Assembly (NCBI GenBank): GCA_027623675.1
Contig: JAQBVF010000006.1
Span: 32,001-96,000 of the forward strand
Direction: 5' to 3'
Length of the DNA: 64,000 nt
DNA from: Chloroflexota bacterium
GTDB taxonomy: Bacteria > Chloroflexota > Dehalococcoidia > Lucifugimonadales > UBA3495
The notes beneath the pieces were generated by a model. The model ran no database searches. It was not told where the DNA came from and saw nothing but the letters and a program-made list of their open reading frames with translations. Below are positions 28,691-38,860 of the stretch, piece after piece (within the stretch, counting starts at the first letter, position 1; the number at the start of each line of letters is the position of its first letter). The position numbers and the translations under genes are program-made.

Positions 28691-30526
28691 ATGCCGAGCG
28701 GTGACCAGACCGGCGAGTATGAAGTACATACCGAGAGCAACGTGATGGCCGCCATGCGCGACGGCGTGCGATTGGCCGCCGACGTGTACCGTCCCGCGAA
28801 GGGCGGTGTTCCGGTTGATGGGGCCTTCCCCGTTCTGCTCCAGCGCACGCCCTACAGCAAGACCAGGGCCGACCTGGTTGCCGAAGCCCTGTCCTTCACC
28901 TCCCACGGCTACGTGACCGTGCTCCAAGACTGCCGGGCGCGCTACGAGTCCGAGGGCGCATTCACCAAGTACACCAGAGAGGGCGAAGACGGCTACGACA
29001 CCATGGCGTGGCTGGCCCAGCAACCCTGGCACGAGGGCAAGATCGGCACCTACGGCCTGTCCTATTCGGCCCACACCCAGGCGGCCGCGGCCTGCTTGGC
29101 CCCGCCCAACCTGGGCTGCATGTGGCTGGATTCGGGCGGGTTCGCCAACGCCTTCCAGACCGCCTGCCGCAACGGCGGGGCCTTTGAGCTTCGTCAATTG
29201 ACCTGGGCCTATAAAGAAGCGGTGGAGAGCCGCCAAGCCAACGCCGACCCGCGGGTGAAAGCGGCCCTAGACGCCCAGGACATATTTGCCTGGTTCGGCC
29301 GTTTGCCCTGGAAGAAGGGGCACTCGCCGCTGCAGTGGACGCCTGACTACGAGGACTACCTGCTGGACATCTGGGAGCGGGAGACGTTCGACGACTACTG
29401 GCGGCAGATCGGACTCTGCGCCGAAGCCCATTACGGCCAGTTCTCCGACGTGCCCCAGGTGCATATGAGCGCCTGGTACGACCCATATTCAAAGACGGCC
29501 ACCGACAATTACGTGGCCCTTTCCGGCACAAAGCAAGGGCCGGTATCACTGCTGATGGGGCCTTGGACCCACGGCGGGCGTTCCGTGACTCACGCTGGAG
29601 GGGTGGAGTTGGGGCCATCGGCGACGATCGACGGCGCCACGGGGGCCGACTTCAACCACCTGCGTCTGCGGTTCTTCGACCGCTGGCTGAAGGGCAAGGC
29701 CAGCGAATGGGCGGACGGGCCACCGGTGAAGTTATTCGTCATGGGCGGCGGCTCGGGGCGCAAGAACGCCGAGGGGCGTTTGGAGCACGGTGGAGCGTGG
29801 CGCAGTGAGAGTGATTGGCCCCTGGCCCGCGCCGCGGCCACGCCCTTCTACCTGCATGCCGGTGGCTCGCTGTCAACGCAGCAACCCGGTAACGGACACC
29901 CGCCCACCAAGTACCTGTTCGACCCGGAACGTCCCGTGCCAACCGTGGGCGGCAACATCTCGTCGGGACAACCGGTGATGGCTCCGGGCGGCTTCGACCA
30001 GCGCGAGTCCAAGGAGTTCTTCGGCTCCAACCCGCCATACCTGCCGCTGGCTTCCCGGCCCGACGTGTTGGTGTTCCAGACCGAGCCATTGGCTGAGGGT
30101 GCTGAAGTCACCGGCCCCGTCTCGGTCCAACTCTGGATATCCTCCAGCGCGGTGGACACCGATTTCACCGCCAAGCTGGTGGATGTGTATCCGCCATCGG
30201 GCGACTACCCGGAGGGTTACACGCTGAACCTGACCGACGGTATCTTGAGGGTTAAATTCCGGGAATCGTGGGAGCAGCCAGAGTTGATGGAGCCTGGGGA
30301 GGTATACCTGTTGACGATTGACCTGCTGCCGGTATCGAACCGGTTTATGAAGGGTCACCGGATCAGGCTGGATATCTCATCCAGCAACTTTCCCAGGTTC
30401 GACGTGAATGGCAATACCGGGGAGAATCCCGGCACGTCACCGGTCAGGCTGACGGCCCTGAACAGTGTCTATCACGATGGCAGCAGGCCGTCCCACGCCT
30501 TATTACCGGTTGTCGCACAGGAATGA
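28691..30526 (+). CDS. CocE/NonD family hydrolase
   Basis: MRDGVRLAADVYRP, RTPY, GLSY nucleophile, GPWTH, SSSNFPRFD. Confidence 0.93.
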   Translation: MPSGDQTGEYEVHTESNVMAAMRDGVRLAADVYRPAKGGVPVDGAFPVLLQRTPYSKTRADLVAEALSFTSHGYVTVLQDCRARYESEGAFTKYTREGEDGYDTMAWLAQQPWHEGKIGTYGLSYSAHTQAAAACLAPPNLGCMWLDSGGFANAFQTACRNGGAFELRQLTWAYKEAVESRQANADPRVKAALDAQDIFAWFGRLPWKKGHSPLQWTPDYEDYLLDIWERETFDDYWRQIGLCAEAHYGQFSDVPQVHMSAWYDPYSKTATDNYVALSGTKQGPVSLLMGPWTHGGRSVTHAGGVELGPSATIDGATGADFNHLRLRFFDRWLKGKASEWADGPPVKLFVMGGGSGRKNAEGRLEHGGAWRSESDWPLARAAATPFYLHAGGSLSTQQPGNGHPPTKYLFDPERPVPTVGGNISSGQPVMAPGGFDQRESKEFFGSNPPYLPLASRPDVLVFQTEPLAEGAEVTGPVSVQLWISSSAVDTDFTAKLVDVYPPSGDYPEGYTLNLTDGILRVKFRESWEQPELMEPGEVYLLTIDLLPVSNRFMKGHRIRLDISSSNFPRFDVNGNTGENPGTSPVRLTALNSVYHDGSRPSHALLPVVAQE

Positions 30527-30583
30527 CGCCGTGGGCCATAAGGCGTGGCTAGGAACGCTTGGGAACCAGAAAGGCGTTGGGCG

Positions 30584-31183
30584 TTAACGCTTGCTCAGGG
30601 CAATCATGTAGTTGTCGTTATTGATGTCCCGCGCGCCGGTCTGGACCCGGAACCCACTGTCCCTGGCGATCTGGCCCAGTTGGACGGGGTCGATGCGTGT
30701 CTCTTGGGGCGGGCCGCTCTCCGTCTCTTTCGCGTGCCACTCCAAGATGAAACACCAGCCGCCGGGCTTCAGCATCTCCCCGGCCGCCTTCAAGAACCGC
30801 ACGCGGTCCTCCGGGTGGTGCAGCACGAAAGCGATGAACAGGCCATCGACTGTGCCGGGGGCCACGGGGAATTCGTATTCGCCGCATTTGAGGAGGTTGA
30901 CGTTGCCGAGACGGACCGCGTCCAGACGCTCTTGGCAGGCCTTGAGCATGTCGTCGGAGGTGTCCAGGCCGATGACCTTGCCGTTAACCAGGAATTTGGC
31001 CAGCGGCAGCGTGAAATAGCCCGGTCCGCACCCGACGTCCACCACGGTGTCTCTATGGTTCATGGGGCAGAAATTAAGGATCTTGAACGTGTCCAGGTTC
31101 TGGGCCCGTTCCGGCCTCAACATCCTCTCCGCCGAGGTTGGCATATCGGGGTGGCTCGAGCCTGTGTGCGGGTCTGTCGACAT
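30584..31183 (-). CDS. Class I SAM-dependent methyltransferase
   Basis: VVDVGCGPG, LKPGG, EW...GPP. Confidence 0.9.
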   Translation of the reverse strand: MSTDPHTGSSHPDMPTSAERMLRPERAQNLDTFKILNFCPMNHRDTVVDVGCGPGYFTLPLAKFLVNGKVIGLDTSDDMLKACQERLDAVRLGNVNLLKCGEYEFPVAPGTVDGLFIAFVLHHPEDRVRFLKAAGEMLKPGGWCFILEWHAKETESGPPQETRIDPVQLGQIARDSGFRVQTGARDINNDNYMIALSKR

Positions 31184-31279
31184 CTATTTGATACCTCGTG
31201 ATTCCCAGGGTGAAACCCCGGCTGGGAGATTACTTTACATGAACCGGTTGGTGGCCGCAATCGGCGTGATACCGCTTCG

Positions 31280-31308
31280 TTGACACTCCCGATACCCCAT
31301 CGTACACT
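31280..31308 (+). promoter_or_regulatory. sigma70-type promoter of glyA (long leader)
   Basis: TTGACA-17 nt-TACACT. Confidence 0.7.
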
Positions 31309-31335
31309 AACCCCTGATTCAACCCTTGATTCTCG

Positions 31336-31461
31336 CCAGGCGGCCATGGGACGCCTGGATAGTCCGGCCCCAGCCGAGCCTGACACCGGCCTGCAACCGG
31401 TGTGAAATCCGGCGTGAAATACTGGGAACAACCCCCAAAGTTCCCCAATACCGGCTGGGCA
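31336..31461 (+). promoter_or_regulatory. Structured glyA 5' leader, candidate riboswitch
   Basis: Four complementary pairs; the 3' end ccggctgggca resembles the ZTP riboswitch ccgcctgggca. Confidence 0.4.
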
Positions 31462-31507
31462 TCAGTAACCATAACAAGCCCCAGGAGTTATCCCCCAGGA
31501 GTTATCA

Positions 31508-32752
31508 ATGTCCCTATTGTCCCAGGAAGACCCACAGGTAGCGCGCGCCCTGGAGTTGGAAGACCAACGCCAGCGGGATAGCATCGTGCTGATCGCTTCA
31601 GAGAACTACGCCAGCAAGGCGGTTCTAGAGCCTGGCGCCAGCGTGATCAGCAATAAATACGCCGAGGGGTATCCGGGCCGCCGTTATTACGGCGGCTGCG
31701 ATAACGCCGACGTCATCGAGAGTTTGGCCATCGACCGCGTCAAGGAATTATTTGGCGCTGAACACGCCAACGTTCAACCCCACAGCGGCGCACAAGCCAA
31801 TATGGCGGCCTATTTTGCCGTCCTTGAGACTGGCGACACGGTCATGGGCATGCAATTGGACCACGGCGGCCACCTGACCCACGGCGCATCGGTGAATTTC
31901 TCCGGCAAGATATACAACTTCGTGCCCTATGGTCTGAACAAAGAGACGGAGTTGATCGACTACGACGAGGTTGAGCGCCTGGCGAAAGAACACCGGCCCA
32001 AATTGGTCGTTGCCGGTTGCAGCGCCTATCCTAGAATCTTGGATTTTGCCAGGTTCAAGGCCATCGCCGACAGCGTGGATGCGTTGCTGATGGTTGACAT
32101 GGCCCACATCGCCGGCCTGGTTGCCGGCGGCGCGCACCCCTCGCCATTGCCCTACGCCAACCTGGTGACCTCCACCACGCAGAAGAGCCTGCGCGGACCC
32201 AGGGGCGGATTCGTCCTTTGCGACTCCGACCTGGGCCGGAAGGTGGACTTCGGCGTGTTCCCCTTCACCCAGGGGGGTCCGCTGATGCAGGCCATCGCCG
32301 GGAAAGCGGTCTGCTTCGGCCAGGCGCTGAAACCCGAGTTTTCTAAGTACGCCCATCAGGTGGTGGCCAACTGCAAGACCCTGGCCGCGGACCTTTCCGA
32401 GGCTGGTATCAGGCTGGTTTCCGGCGGCACGGACAACCACATGGTCCTGGTGGATGTGACGCCGTTGGGGATCACCGGCCAGCAGGCGGAAAGGGCGCTG
32501 GAGTCGGTGGGTATCATCGCCAACAAGAACGCCATCCCCTTCGACCCCAATCCGCCTCGTGTGACCAGCGGACTGCGCCTGGGCACGCCTGCCATCACCA
32601 GCCGGGGCATGGGTGAAGCCGAGGTCAAGCAGGTGGCGGCAATGGTCACCAGAGTGCTGGCCGATGTCGAGGACAAGACGGTCCATTCCAAAGTATCAGC
32701 GGAAGTTAAAGAACTAACCGCCCGTTTCCCGGTGCCAGGCATCGACAACTAG
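31508..32752 (+). CDS. glyA: Serine hydroxymethyltransferase
   Basis: LIASEN, NKYAEGYPGRRYYGG, GGHLTHG, STTQKSLRGPRGG. Confidence 0.98.
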   Translation: MSLLSQEDPQVARALELEDQRQRDSIVLIASENYASKAVLEPGASVISNKYAEGYPGRRYYGGCDNADVIESLAIDRVKELFGAEHANVQPHSGAQANMAAYFAVLETGDTVMGMQLDHGGHLTHGASVNFSGKIYNFVPYGLNKETELIDYDEVERLAKEHRPKLVVAGCSAYPRILDFARFKAIADSVDALLMVDMAHIAGLVAGGAHPSPLPYANLVTSTTQKSLRGPRGGFVLCDSDLGRKVDFGVFPFTQGGPLMQAIAGKAVCFGQALKPEFSKYAHQVVANCKTLAADLSEAGIRLVSGGTDNHMVLVDVTPLGITGQQAERALESVGIIANKNAIPFDPNPPRVTSGLRLGTPAITSRGMGEAEVKQVAAMVTRVLADVEDKTVHSKVSAEVKELTARFPVPGIDN

Positions 32753-32856
32753 CTTAGAACCAGTTGAGCCAGGCAAGGCCCGATGCTATAATCAATCCAA
32801 CTGCGTGGTCCTTAGATACGCAACCTAATCGCATGTAATCTCCCAAGGGGTAACAT

Positions 32857-33489
32857 TTGCGCCATTACGAACTTGTAGTAGTCCTTAGTCCCATGCTAAA
32901 TCAGGAGCAGGTCACCGAGACCTGGGACAAGATCAAAGGGTTTATCACCACCCGTGACGCTGAGATCAGCCACGAGGAGCAATGGGGGACCCGCCGATTG
33001 GCTTATCCCATCCGAAAGGGCCAGCACCGGTTTCTGGAGGGCAGCTACCACCTGACCCGTTTCGCAACCGATAAGGCTTTCAACCGGGAACTGGAAAATT
33101 TCCTGACAGTCGATGATGAGATTATCCGGTCACTGATAACCGTGACCCTGCCGGAAGAGGAACTGGCCGCCCAGGCCGCCGCCGCTGCCCGGGCCATCCG
33201 GCCTCCGCCTCCCCGGCCCGCCCCATTGGGACCTGACGGCGCTCCGATCGCCCCGGCAGCCCCCGCGGAGGGAGCCGCCCCAGCGGAAGGCGCCCCTGTA
33301 GCTGCGGCCGATTCGCCCGCTGCAACCGAAGCTGCGCCTGAAGCTGTAACCGAGGCCCCTGCGGCCGAGGCGCCAACAGCTCCCGAAGCCACCGCGGAAC
33401 CGGAAGCGCCGGTCGTCGAAGCCGACCCTGAAAGCAGCGGCACTCCAAGTGAGGAACCGGCCGGCGAGCCGGAGGAACGCGAGGACTAG
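32857..33489 (+). CDS. rpsF: 30S ribosomal protein S6 with long Ala/Pro/Glu tail
   Basis: MRHYE...WGTRRLAYPI; rpsF-ssb-rpsR order. Confidence 0.95.
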   Translation: MRHYELVVVLSPMLNQEQVTETWDKIKGFITTRDAEISHEEQWGTRRLAYPIRKGQHRFLEGSYHLTRFATDKAFNRELENFLTVDDEIIRSLITVTLPEEELAAQAAAAARAIRPPPPRPAPLGPDGAPIAPAAPAEGAAPAEGAPVAAADSPAATEAAPEAVTEAPAAEAPTAPEATAEPEAPVVEADPESSGTPSEEPAGEPEERED

Positions 33490-33501
33490 AAGGGGGTAGA
33501 C

Positions 33502-33930
33502 GTGAACAAGATCATTGTCATCGGGCATCTGGGTAGAGACCCCGAGATGCGTTACACGCCCAATGGTCAAGCGGTAACCTCGTTCAGCGTGGCCTCCAGC
33601 CGCCGGTACACCACCGCCGCGGGTGAGCAGAGAGAAGAAACCGAATGGTTCAACGTAAGTGCCTGGGGTAAGCTGGGCGAAACATGCAACCAATATCTGA
33701 CCAAGGGCCAGCAGGTTTACGTGGAAGGACGGTTGAGCAGCCGGTCGTATGAAGCACGCGACGGCACCACTCGGTTTTCCAACGACATAAACCTAACCGA
33801 CGTCCAGTTCCTCGGAAGGGCCGGAGATGGAGGCGGGGCAGGCGATTCTGCTCCCTATAGATCTGGTGTCGGTTCTATGTCTGACGAAGGCCCCATGGAT
33901 AATGATCCGGTGGACGACCTGCCGTTCTAA
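33502..33930 (+). CDS. ssb: Single-stranded DNA-binding protein
   Basis: NKIIVIGHLGRDPE...DDLPF. Confidence 0.98.
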   Translation: MNKIIVIGHLGRDPEMRYTPNGQAVTSFSVASSRRYTTAAGEQREETEWFNVSAWGKLGETCNQYLTKGQQVYVEGRLSSRSYEARDGTTRFSNDINLTDVQFLGRAGDGGGAGDSAPYRSGVGSMSDEGPMDNDPVDDLPF

Positions 33931-34030
33931 TCCCGCCGTCTCGATCAGGAAATGAGCAAGACAGACAGGAATGAGATGCCGACATCATCTCGTTAATCTC
34001 GATAGGTAAACCAAAAGGACTTGAACTAGA

Positions 34031-34396
34031 ATGACCACTGAAGCTCCCAGAGGACCAGGCGGACCGCCACCCCGATTTGCCGGAGGCGGCGGAGGAGGAC
34101 GGCCAGGCGGACCCGGCGGAAGACCGGGCGGACCTGGTGGACGCCCCCGTGGCCGCTTTGTGCGGCGCCGTAAGGTCTGTGCCTTCTGTGTTGAGCATGT
34201 GAAGCACATAGACTACAAAGAGATTGACAAGATTCGCCGGTTCGTGTCCGAGCGGGCCAAGATTGAACCGCGCCGCCGCACCGGGGTCTGCGCCAAGCAC
34301 CAGCGGGCTCTCCGCACGGCGATCCAGCGCGCGAGGCAGATTGCCCTGGTGCCTTTCGTGGCCTACCACGCCTACTCGGGCGGCATCCGCCGCTAA
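34031..34396 (+). CDS. rpsR: 30S ribosomal protein S18 with Gly/Pro/Arg N-terminal extension
   Basis: RRKVCAFC...IDYK...TGVCAKHQR. Confidence 0.96.
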   Translation: MTTEAPRGPGGPPPRFAGGGGGGRPGGPGGRPGGPGGRPRGRFVRRRKVCAFCVEHVKHIDYKEIDKIRRFVSERAKIEPRRRTGVCAKHQRALRTAIQRARQIALVPFVAYHAYSGGIRR

Positions 34397-34532
34397 CGGG
34401 CGGTTGCACCCAAAAACCCACGCCAGGCATCCAAAACCTGGCAGCCAACGAACTGCTAATGGCGGCGCAGGCTCTAAGCCACGCCGCCAAGACTTTCCTG
34501 CCTAATACCCCCAAGGCCGTCGAGGTTAGACA

Positions 34533-35732
34533 ATGCCATTTCCTTGGCTTCGATGGTTCGGCTCTGCTGACAGCGGCAGAGGCGGCCGCCGCCGTACCAT
34601 GCGGGCGCGACAACGGAATCGCGGGCCAGACAAAACCCCGCAGGAATCCCGGCAAGAACCCCCTGAGGTCCTCTCAGAACGGCGGCAGCGGAAGATTGGC
34701 GTTGGCATCGGCGCCTCTCTGATCTTCGTCGTTATAGCCGTGGTCGCGTTTGGCTATTACCAAGAATTCTACAAACCGCCCCGGGTTTGGGCCGGCTCAG
34801 TCAGAAACGTGGAATTCACCATGGGTGACCTGGTGCAGCGCATCCGCGTGCTGCAGGGCGTCAACCGCTATCAGGGCGGGCAGGTTGACCTTAGTATCGT
34901 CCCCTTCGAGTACCTCCAGAACCTGATTCACGCCGAGATATTGCGGCAGCAAGCCCCCGCTCTGGGGATCCAGATCACTAAAGAAGCCATTGAACGGGAA
35001 CTGAGACGTCAATTTCTCCCCGAAGCAACGCCCGGACAGGAGACCGACCCCGGTCAGCTGGAAAGGGAATTTAGGGACAGCTTCGGCTCCTATCTGACCG
35101 CCACCGGACTCTCCGAATCAGAATTCCGCGTGATACTTGAAGAACAGCTAACCCTGCGCGCCCTGGCCGGATTGTTGTCTCAGGATATAGAAGACCCGCA
35201 GCAACAGGTTGAGATTCAGTGGATACAGCTACCCCCGGACAGCAATGTTTTTATCGACGACGTGGCGACGAGGCTGGAGAACGAAGATTTCACCAGGGTC
35301 GCCCAAGAACTTAACGCTCAAAGCCAGTACGCGGGTCCCAACGGCTATGTGGGCTGGGTGCCCAAAGGCGCTTTTCCTGAATTGGATGACGCCATCTTCG
35401 GCAATCCGGAAAAGAACATCGAGCCTCTGGCGCCGGGCGAAGTTAGCGAACCGATCATTACCAACAAGGCGTCATTCCTGGTTAAGGTGCTCTCCCTTCC
35501 AGAGGAGCGCGCCCTGGAAGACAGGATGGGATTGAAACTAACCATTGAGGCGGTGGAGGCCTGGAAACGAAATGCCCTGACCACCGGCAGCTCTCAAGGC
35601 ACCGTTAAGATGAACTTCAACAGCCGGTTGTACGAATGGGTTGCCGATCAAGTGGCCGTCACCGCGCCGAGGATCGAACGTCCCACTCCGGTGCCGCCGC
35701 TGGTTCCCGGGTTGGGCGGACAGAGACCATGA
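34533..35732 (+). CDS. Membrane-anchored SurA/PrsA-like foldase (parvulin-like)
   Basis: One TM segment, a SurA_N-like helical region, FTRVAQE...GYVGWVPKGAFPELDDAIF...GEVSEPI. Confidence 0.7.
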   Translation: MPFPWLRWFGSADSGRGGRRRTMRARQRNRGPDKTPQESRQEPPEVLSERRQRKIGVGIGASLIFVVIAVVAFGYYQEFYKPPRVWAGSVRNVEFTMGDLVQRIRVLQGVNRYQGGQVDLSIVPFEYLQNLIHAEILRQQAPALGIQITKEAIERELRRQFLPEATPGQETDPGQLEREFRDSFGSYLTATGLSESEFRVILEEQLTLRALAGLLSQDIEDPQQQVEIQWIQLPPDSNVFIDDVATRLENEDFTRVAQELNAQSQYAGPNGYVGWVPKGAFPELDDAIFGNPEKNIEPLAPGEVSEPIITNKASFLVKVLSLPEERALEDRMGLKLTIEAVEAWKRNALTTGSSQGTVKMNFNSRLYEWVADQVAVTAPRIERPTPVPPLVPGLGGQRP

Positions 35733-37033
35733 CCGCGCCTCCCGAGATCAATATCGGGCTCATGGGCTTGGGTGTGGTTGGGACCGGTGTGGCCGCGACC
35801 CTGCTGCGCCGGGAATCGCCGATATCCGACGTGACCGGTCGGCCCGTCAACCTCAAGAAGGTGCTGGTCCGAGATGTTTCCCTTCCCAGGGACATAGACC
35901 TGCCTCCTGGGATGTTGACGGCCAACGCGGAAGACATCCTGGCCGATCCCGACATCCACATTCTGGTGGAGGTCATGGGCGGCTCCGACCCTGCGGAGGG
36001 CTACATCAAACAGGGCCTCGCCGCCGGCAAGTATGTCGTCACGGCCAACAAAGAGGTCATGGCCAAATCGGGGCCGGAGCTGATGGCCCTGGCGCGGGAG
36101 AATGACGTCCAGATTCTGTTTGAAGCCAGCGTCGGCGGTGGTATACCCATCGTCGGCTGTTTGATGAACGAACTGGCCGCCAACGAGATCCGGTCCATCC
36201 GTGGCATCATCAACGGCACCACCAACTACATCCTGACCCGGATGGCCAACGAACGGACCAGCTTTGAACAAGCGCTGAGCGAAGCCCAAGGTCACGGCTA
36301 TGCCGAAGCCGACCCCACTAACGACATCGAGGGCATCGACGCCTCCTACAAGCTGACCATCCTGGCCTCCTTGGCCTACCGCCGGGCGTTCCGGCACCAG
36401 GACGTATACTGTGAGGGCATATCTAAGCTGGAGCCCCAGGACTTTCGCTACGCCCAGGAATTGGGCTACGCCATAAAGTCATTGGCGATCGCCAATCTGG
36501 ATGACGGGGCGGTGCAACTGCGGGTATATCCGGCTTTGTTGCCCGCCGAACACATGCTCGCCAAGGTTGACGGAGTGTACAATGCCGTGGAGGTCCATGG
36601 CAGCCTCTGCGGACAGGTCCTGTTTCACGGCATGGGAGCGGGCCGGGAACCAACCACCAGCGCGGTGGTAGGCGATGTGATTGAGGCGGCCCGCAAGATG
36701 GGTGCATTGCCGCCGGGTATGCAGGACCGGGGGATTAAACCCGCGAACGGTCCTTCGGTCCGGCCTATCGGCGACCTCCTGTCGCGTTACTACATCCGCC
36801 TCGACGTAGCCGACAATCCGGGGGTGCTGGCGCAGATCGCCCAGGTGTTGGGAGACGGGCAGATCAGCATCGCCACCGTGATACAAAAAGACATTCAACC
36901 GGAGACCGGCAGCGCGGAGATCGTGATCACCACCCATCCCTCCAGAGAGGCATCCGTCCAGCAGGCGCTGCAAGCGCTGGCCGGTCTTTCTCAGGTGCGG
37001 CGGGTAAGCAACACCCTCAGGATCGAGGAGTGA
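35729..37033 (+). CDS. hom: Homoserine dehydrogenase with ACT domain
   Basis: GLGVVG, VVTANK, EASVGGGIP, NGTTNYIL, GYAEADP. Confidence 0.97.
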   Translation: MTAPPEINIGLMGLGVVGTGVAATLLRRESPISDVTGRPVNLKKVLVRDVSLPRDIDLPPGMLTANAEDILADPDIHILVEVMGGSDPAEGYIKQGLAAGKYVVTANKEVMAKSGPELMALARENDVQILFEASVGGGIPIVGCLMNELAANEIRSIRGIINGTTNYILTRMANERTSFEQALSEAQGHGYAEADPTNDIEGIDASYKLTILASLAYRRAFRHQDVYCEGISKLEPQDFRYAQELGYAIKSLAIANLDDGAVQLRVYPALLPAEHMLAKVDGVYNAVEVHGSLCGQVLFHGMGAGREPTTSAVVGDVIEAARKMGALPPGMQDRGIKPANGPSVRPIGDLLSRYYIRLDVADNPGVLAQIAQVLGDGQISIATVIQKDIQPETGSAEIVITTHPSREASVQQALQALAGLSQVRRVSNTLRIEE

Positions 37034-37081
37034 TTTCGGTGCAGAATCGGAGTTGCAGAATTTAGGGTTGGGGTTAGCCGT

Positions 37082-38137
37082 ATGGGTTCTGGGGTATTAA
37101 GCACATATAAAGAACTGCTCCCTCTGACCAGCGCTACGCCTATGATTACCATGGGGGAAGGCGATACGCCGCTGGTCAAGTCCAGCCGCCTGGGCCGGGA
37201 GATTGGCTGCCCAGAGTTGTATTTCAAACTGGAAGGCTGCAATCCCACCGGCTCGTTCAAAGACCGGGGCATGGTGGTGGCCATCGCCAAGGCGCTGGAG
37301 GAAGGCACCCAGGCAATCATGTGCGCCTCCACGGGCAACACCAGCGCGTCGGCCGCCGCGTTCGGCGCCTATTGCGACATACCCACCTTCGTGCTGATAC
37401 CCAAGGGCGAAGTCGCCATGGGGAAGCTGGCCCAGGCCATGATTTACGGGGCCAAGGTCATCATGATCAATGGTAACTTCGATGTGGCCCTGGGGCTGGT
37501 CCGGGAGTTCACCGAGCGCAACGACGTAACCCTGGTAAACTCCGTGAACCCCAACCGCATCGAGGGTCAAAAGACCGCCGCCTTTGAGCTGGTAGACTCC
37601 CTAGGAGACGCCCCGGACCTGCTGTTCATCCCCGTTGGCAACGCGGGCAACATCACGGCCTACTGGAAGGGCTTTCGGGAGTACCAGGACCTGGGCAAGA
37701 GCCAAACCCTGCCCCGCATGATGGGATTCCAGGCCGAGGGTGCCGCGCCCATCGTTCGAGGCGAGATTGTAGCCCGGCCGCAGACCATAGCGTCGGCCAT
37801 CCGTATCGGCAACCCAGCCAGTTGGAGCGGGGCAACCGAAGCCCGCGACAGGTCCGGCGGCGTGATCGATTCGGTGACGGATGACGAGATACTTGAAGCC
37901 TACCGGATGCTGGCCAGCAAAGAGGGAATCTTCTGTGAGCCGGCGTCGGCGGCCTCTTTTGCCGGCCTGGTGAAGATGCACCGCCAGGGCCTTGACCTGC
38001 ACGACAAACGGGTCGTGTGCATCTGCACCGGGAATGGTCTGAAAGACCCTGACCTGGCTGTAAGCAGCGCCGGGGGGCAGGCGATCGAGGTTGCCGCAAC
38101 CATCGAGGCTGTTGAAGAAGCTACCCTTGGTGGCTAG
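37082..38137 (+). CDS. thrC: Threonine synthase
   Basis: NPTGSFKDRG, CASTGNTS, PVGNAGN, TGNGLKDP. Confidence 0.97.
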   Translation: MGSGVLSTYKELLPLTSATPMITMGEGDTPLVKSSRLGREIGCPELYFKLEGCNPTGSFKDRGMVVAIAKALEEGTQAIMCASTGNTSASAAAFGAYCDIPTFVLIPKGEVAMGKLAQAMIYGAKVIMINGNFDVALGLVREFTERNDVTLVNSVNPNRIEGQKTAAFELVDSLGDAPDLLFIPVGNAGNITAYWKGFREYQDLGKSQTLPRMMGFQAEGAAPIVRGEIVARPQTIASAIRIGNPASWSGATEARDRSGGVIDSVTDDEILEAYRMLASKEGIFCEPASAASFAGLVKMHRQGLDLHDKRVVCICTGNGLKDPDLAVSSAGGQAIEVAATIEAVEEATLGG

Positions 38138-38222
38138 GGATAAGATCTAAGCTGTCGAAACGCCTGCTCCTCACGTCGGGGCTTAGCAGGAAACTGGAAT
38201 CGGCGAACGGCGAATTGGGGGA

Positions 38223-38789
38223 ATCAAAACGGTCCAGCAACAGCGCATAAAGCAGGCGGTCACCGAGATATTGGCGGCCATCGGAGATGATCCGGCCCGT
38301 GAGGGATTGCGAGACACTCCTGACCGGGTTGCGCGGATGTACCAAGACCTCTTCTCCGGTATTGGCAGCAATGTCGATGACGCCATAGACGCGGTATTCG
38401 AGGCTGAGAGCCAGGACCCGGTGATCGTGACTGGGCTGGTCTTCTACTCCGTGTGCGAGCATCATCTGCTACCGTTCTTCGGCGAGGCCCGTATCGGCTA
38501 CGTCCCCAACGGCAAGATCTCCGGAATCAGCAAATTGGCCAGGGCGTTGGAAGTTGCAGCCCACCGCCCTCAGGTCCAGGAACGGCTCACCGCGGACGTT
38601 GCCGGCTCCATATTCAATGTGCTTCAACCCGAGGGCGTGATCGTTGAGTTGGAGGCGGAACATTTGTGCATGGCCATGCGGGGTGTTAACAAACCGGGCA
38701 CGCGGGTGCTCACATCGGCCAGCCGGGGAGATTTCAAGAATTATCGATCGGGACAGCAAGGACTGCAGGCCCTGATGCACAGCAGATAA
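38223..38789 (+). CDS. folE: GTP cyclohydrolase I (start uncertain; first canonical start is TTG 38271)
   Basis: REGLRDTPDRVA, SVCEHHLLPF, GISKLAR, QVQERLT, HLCMAMRG. Confidence 0.9.
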   Translation: MKTVQQQRIKQAVTEILAAIGDDPAREGLRDTPDRVARMYQDLFSGIGSNVDDAIDAVFEAESQDPVIVTGLVFYSVCEHHLLPFFGEARIGYVPNGKISGISKLARALEVAAHRPQVQERLTADVAGSIFNVLQPEGVIVELEAEHLCMAMRGVNKPGTRVLTSASRGDFKNYRSGQQGLQALMHSR

Positions 38790-38860
38790 GATTCGACGAA
38801 ACCGAGTATCCGTTAGCAGTTAAACGTTGACGGAAATGGCGATTCAATAGTAGGTAAATA

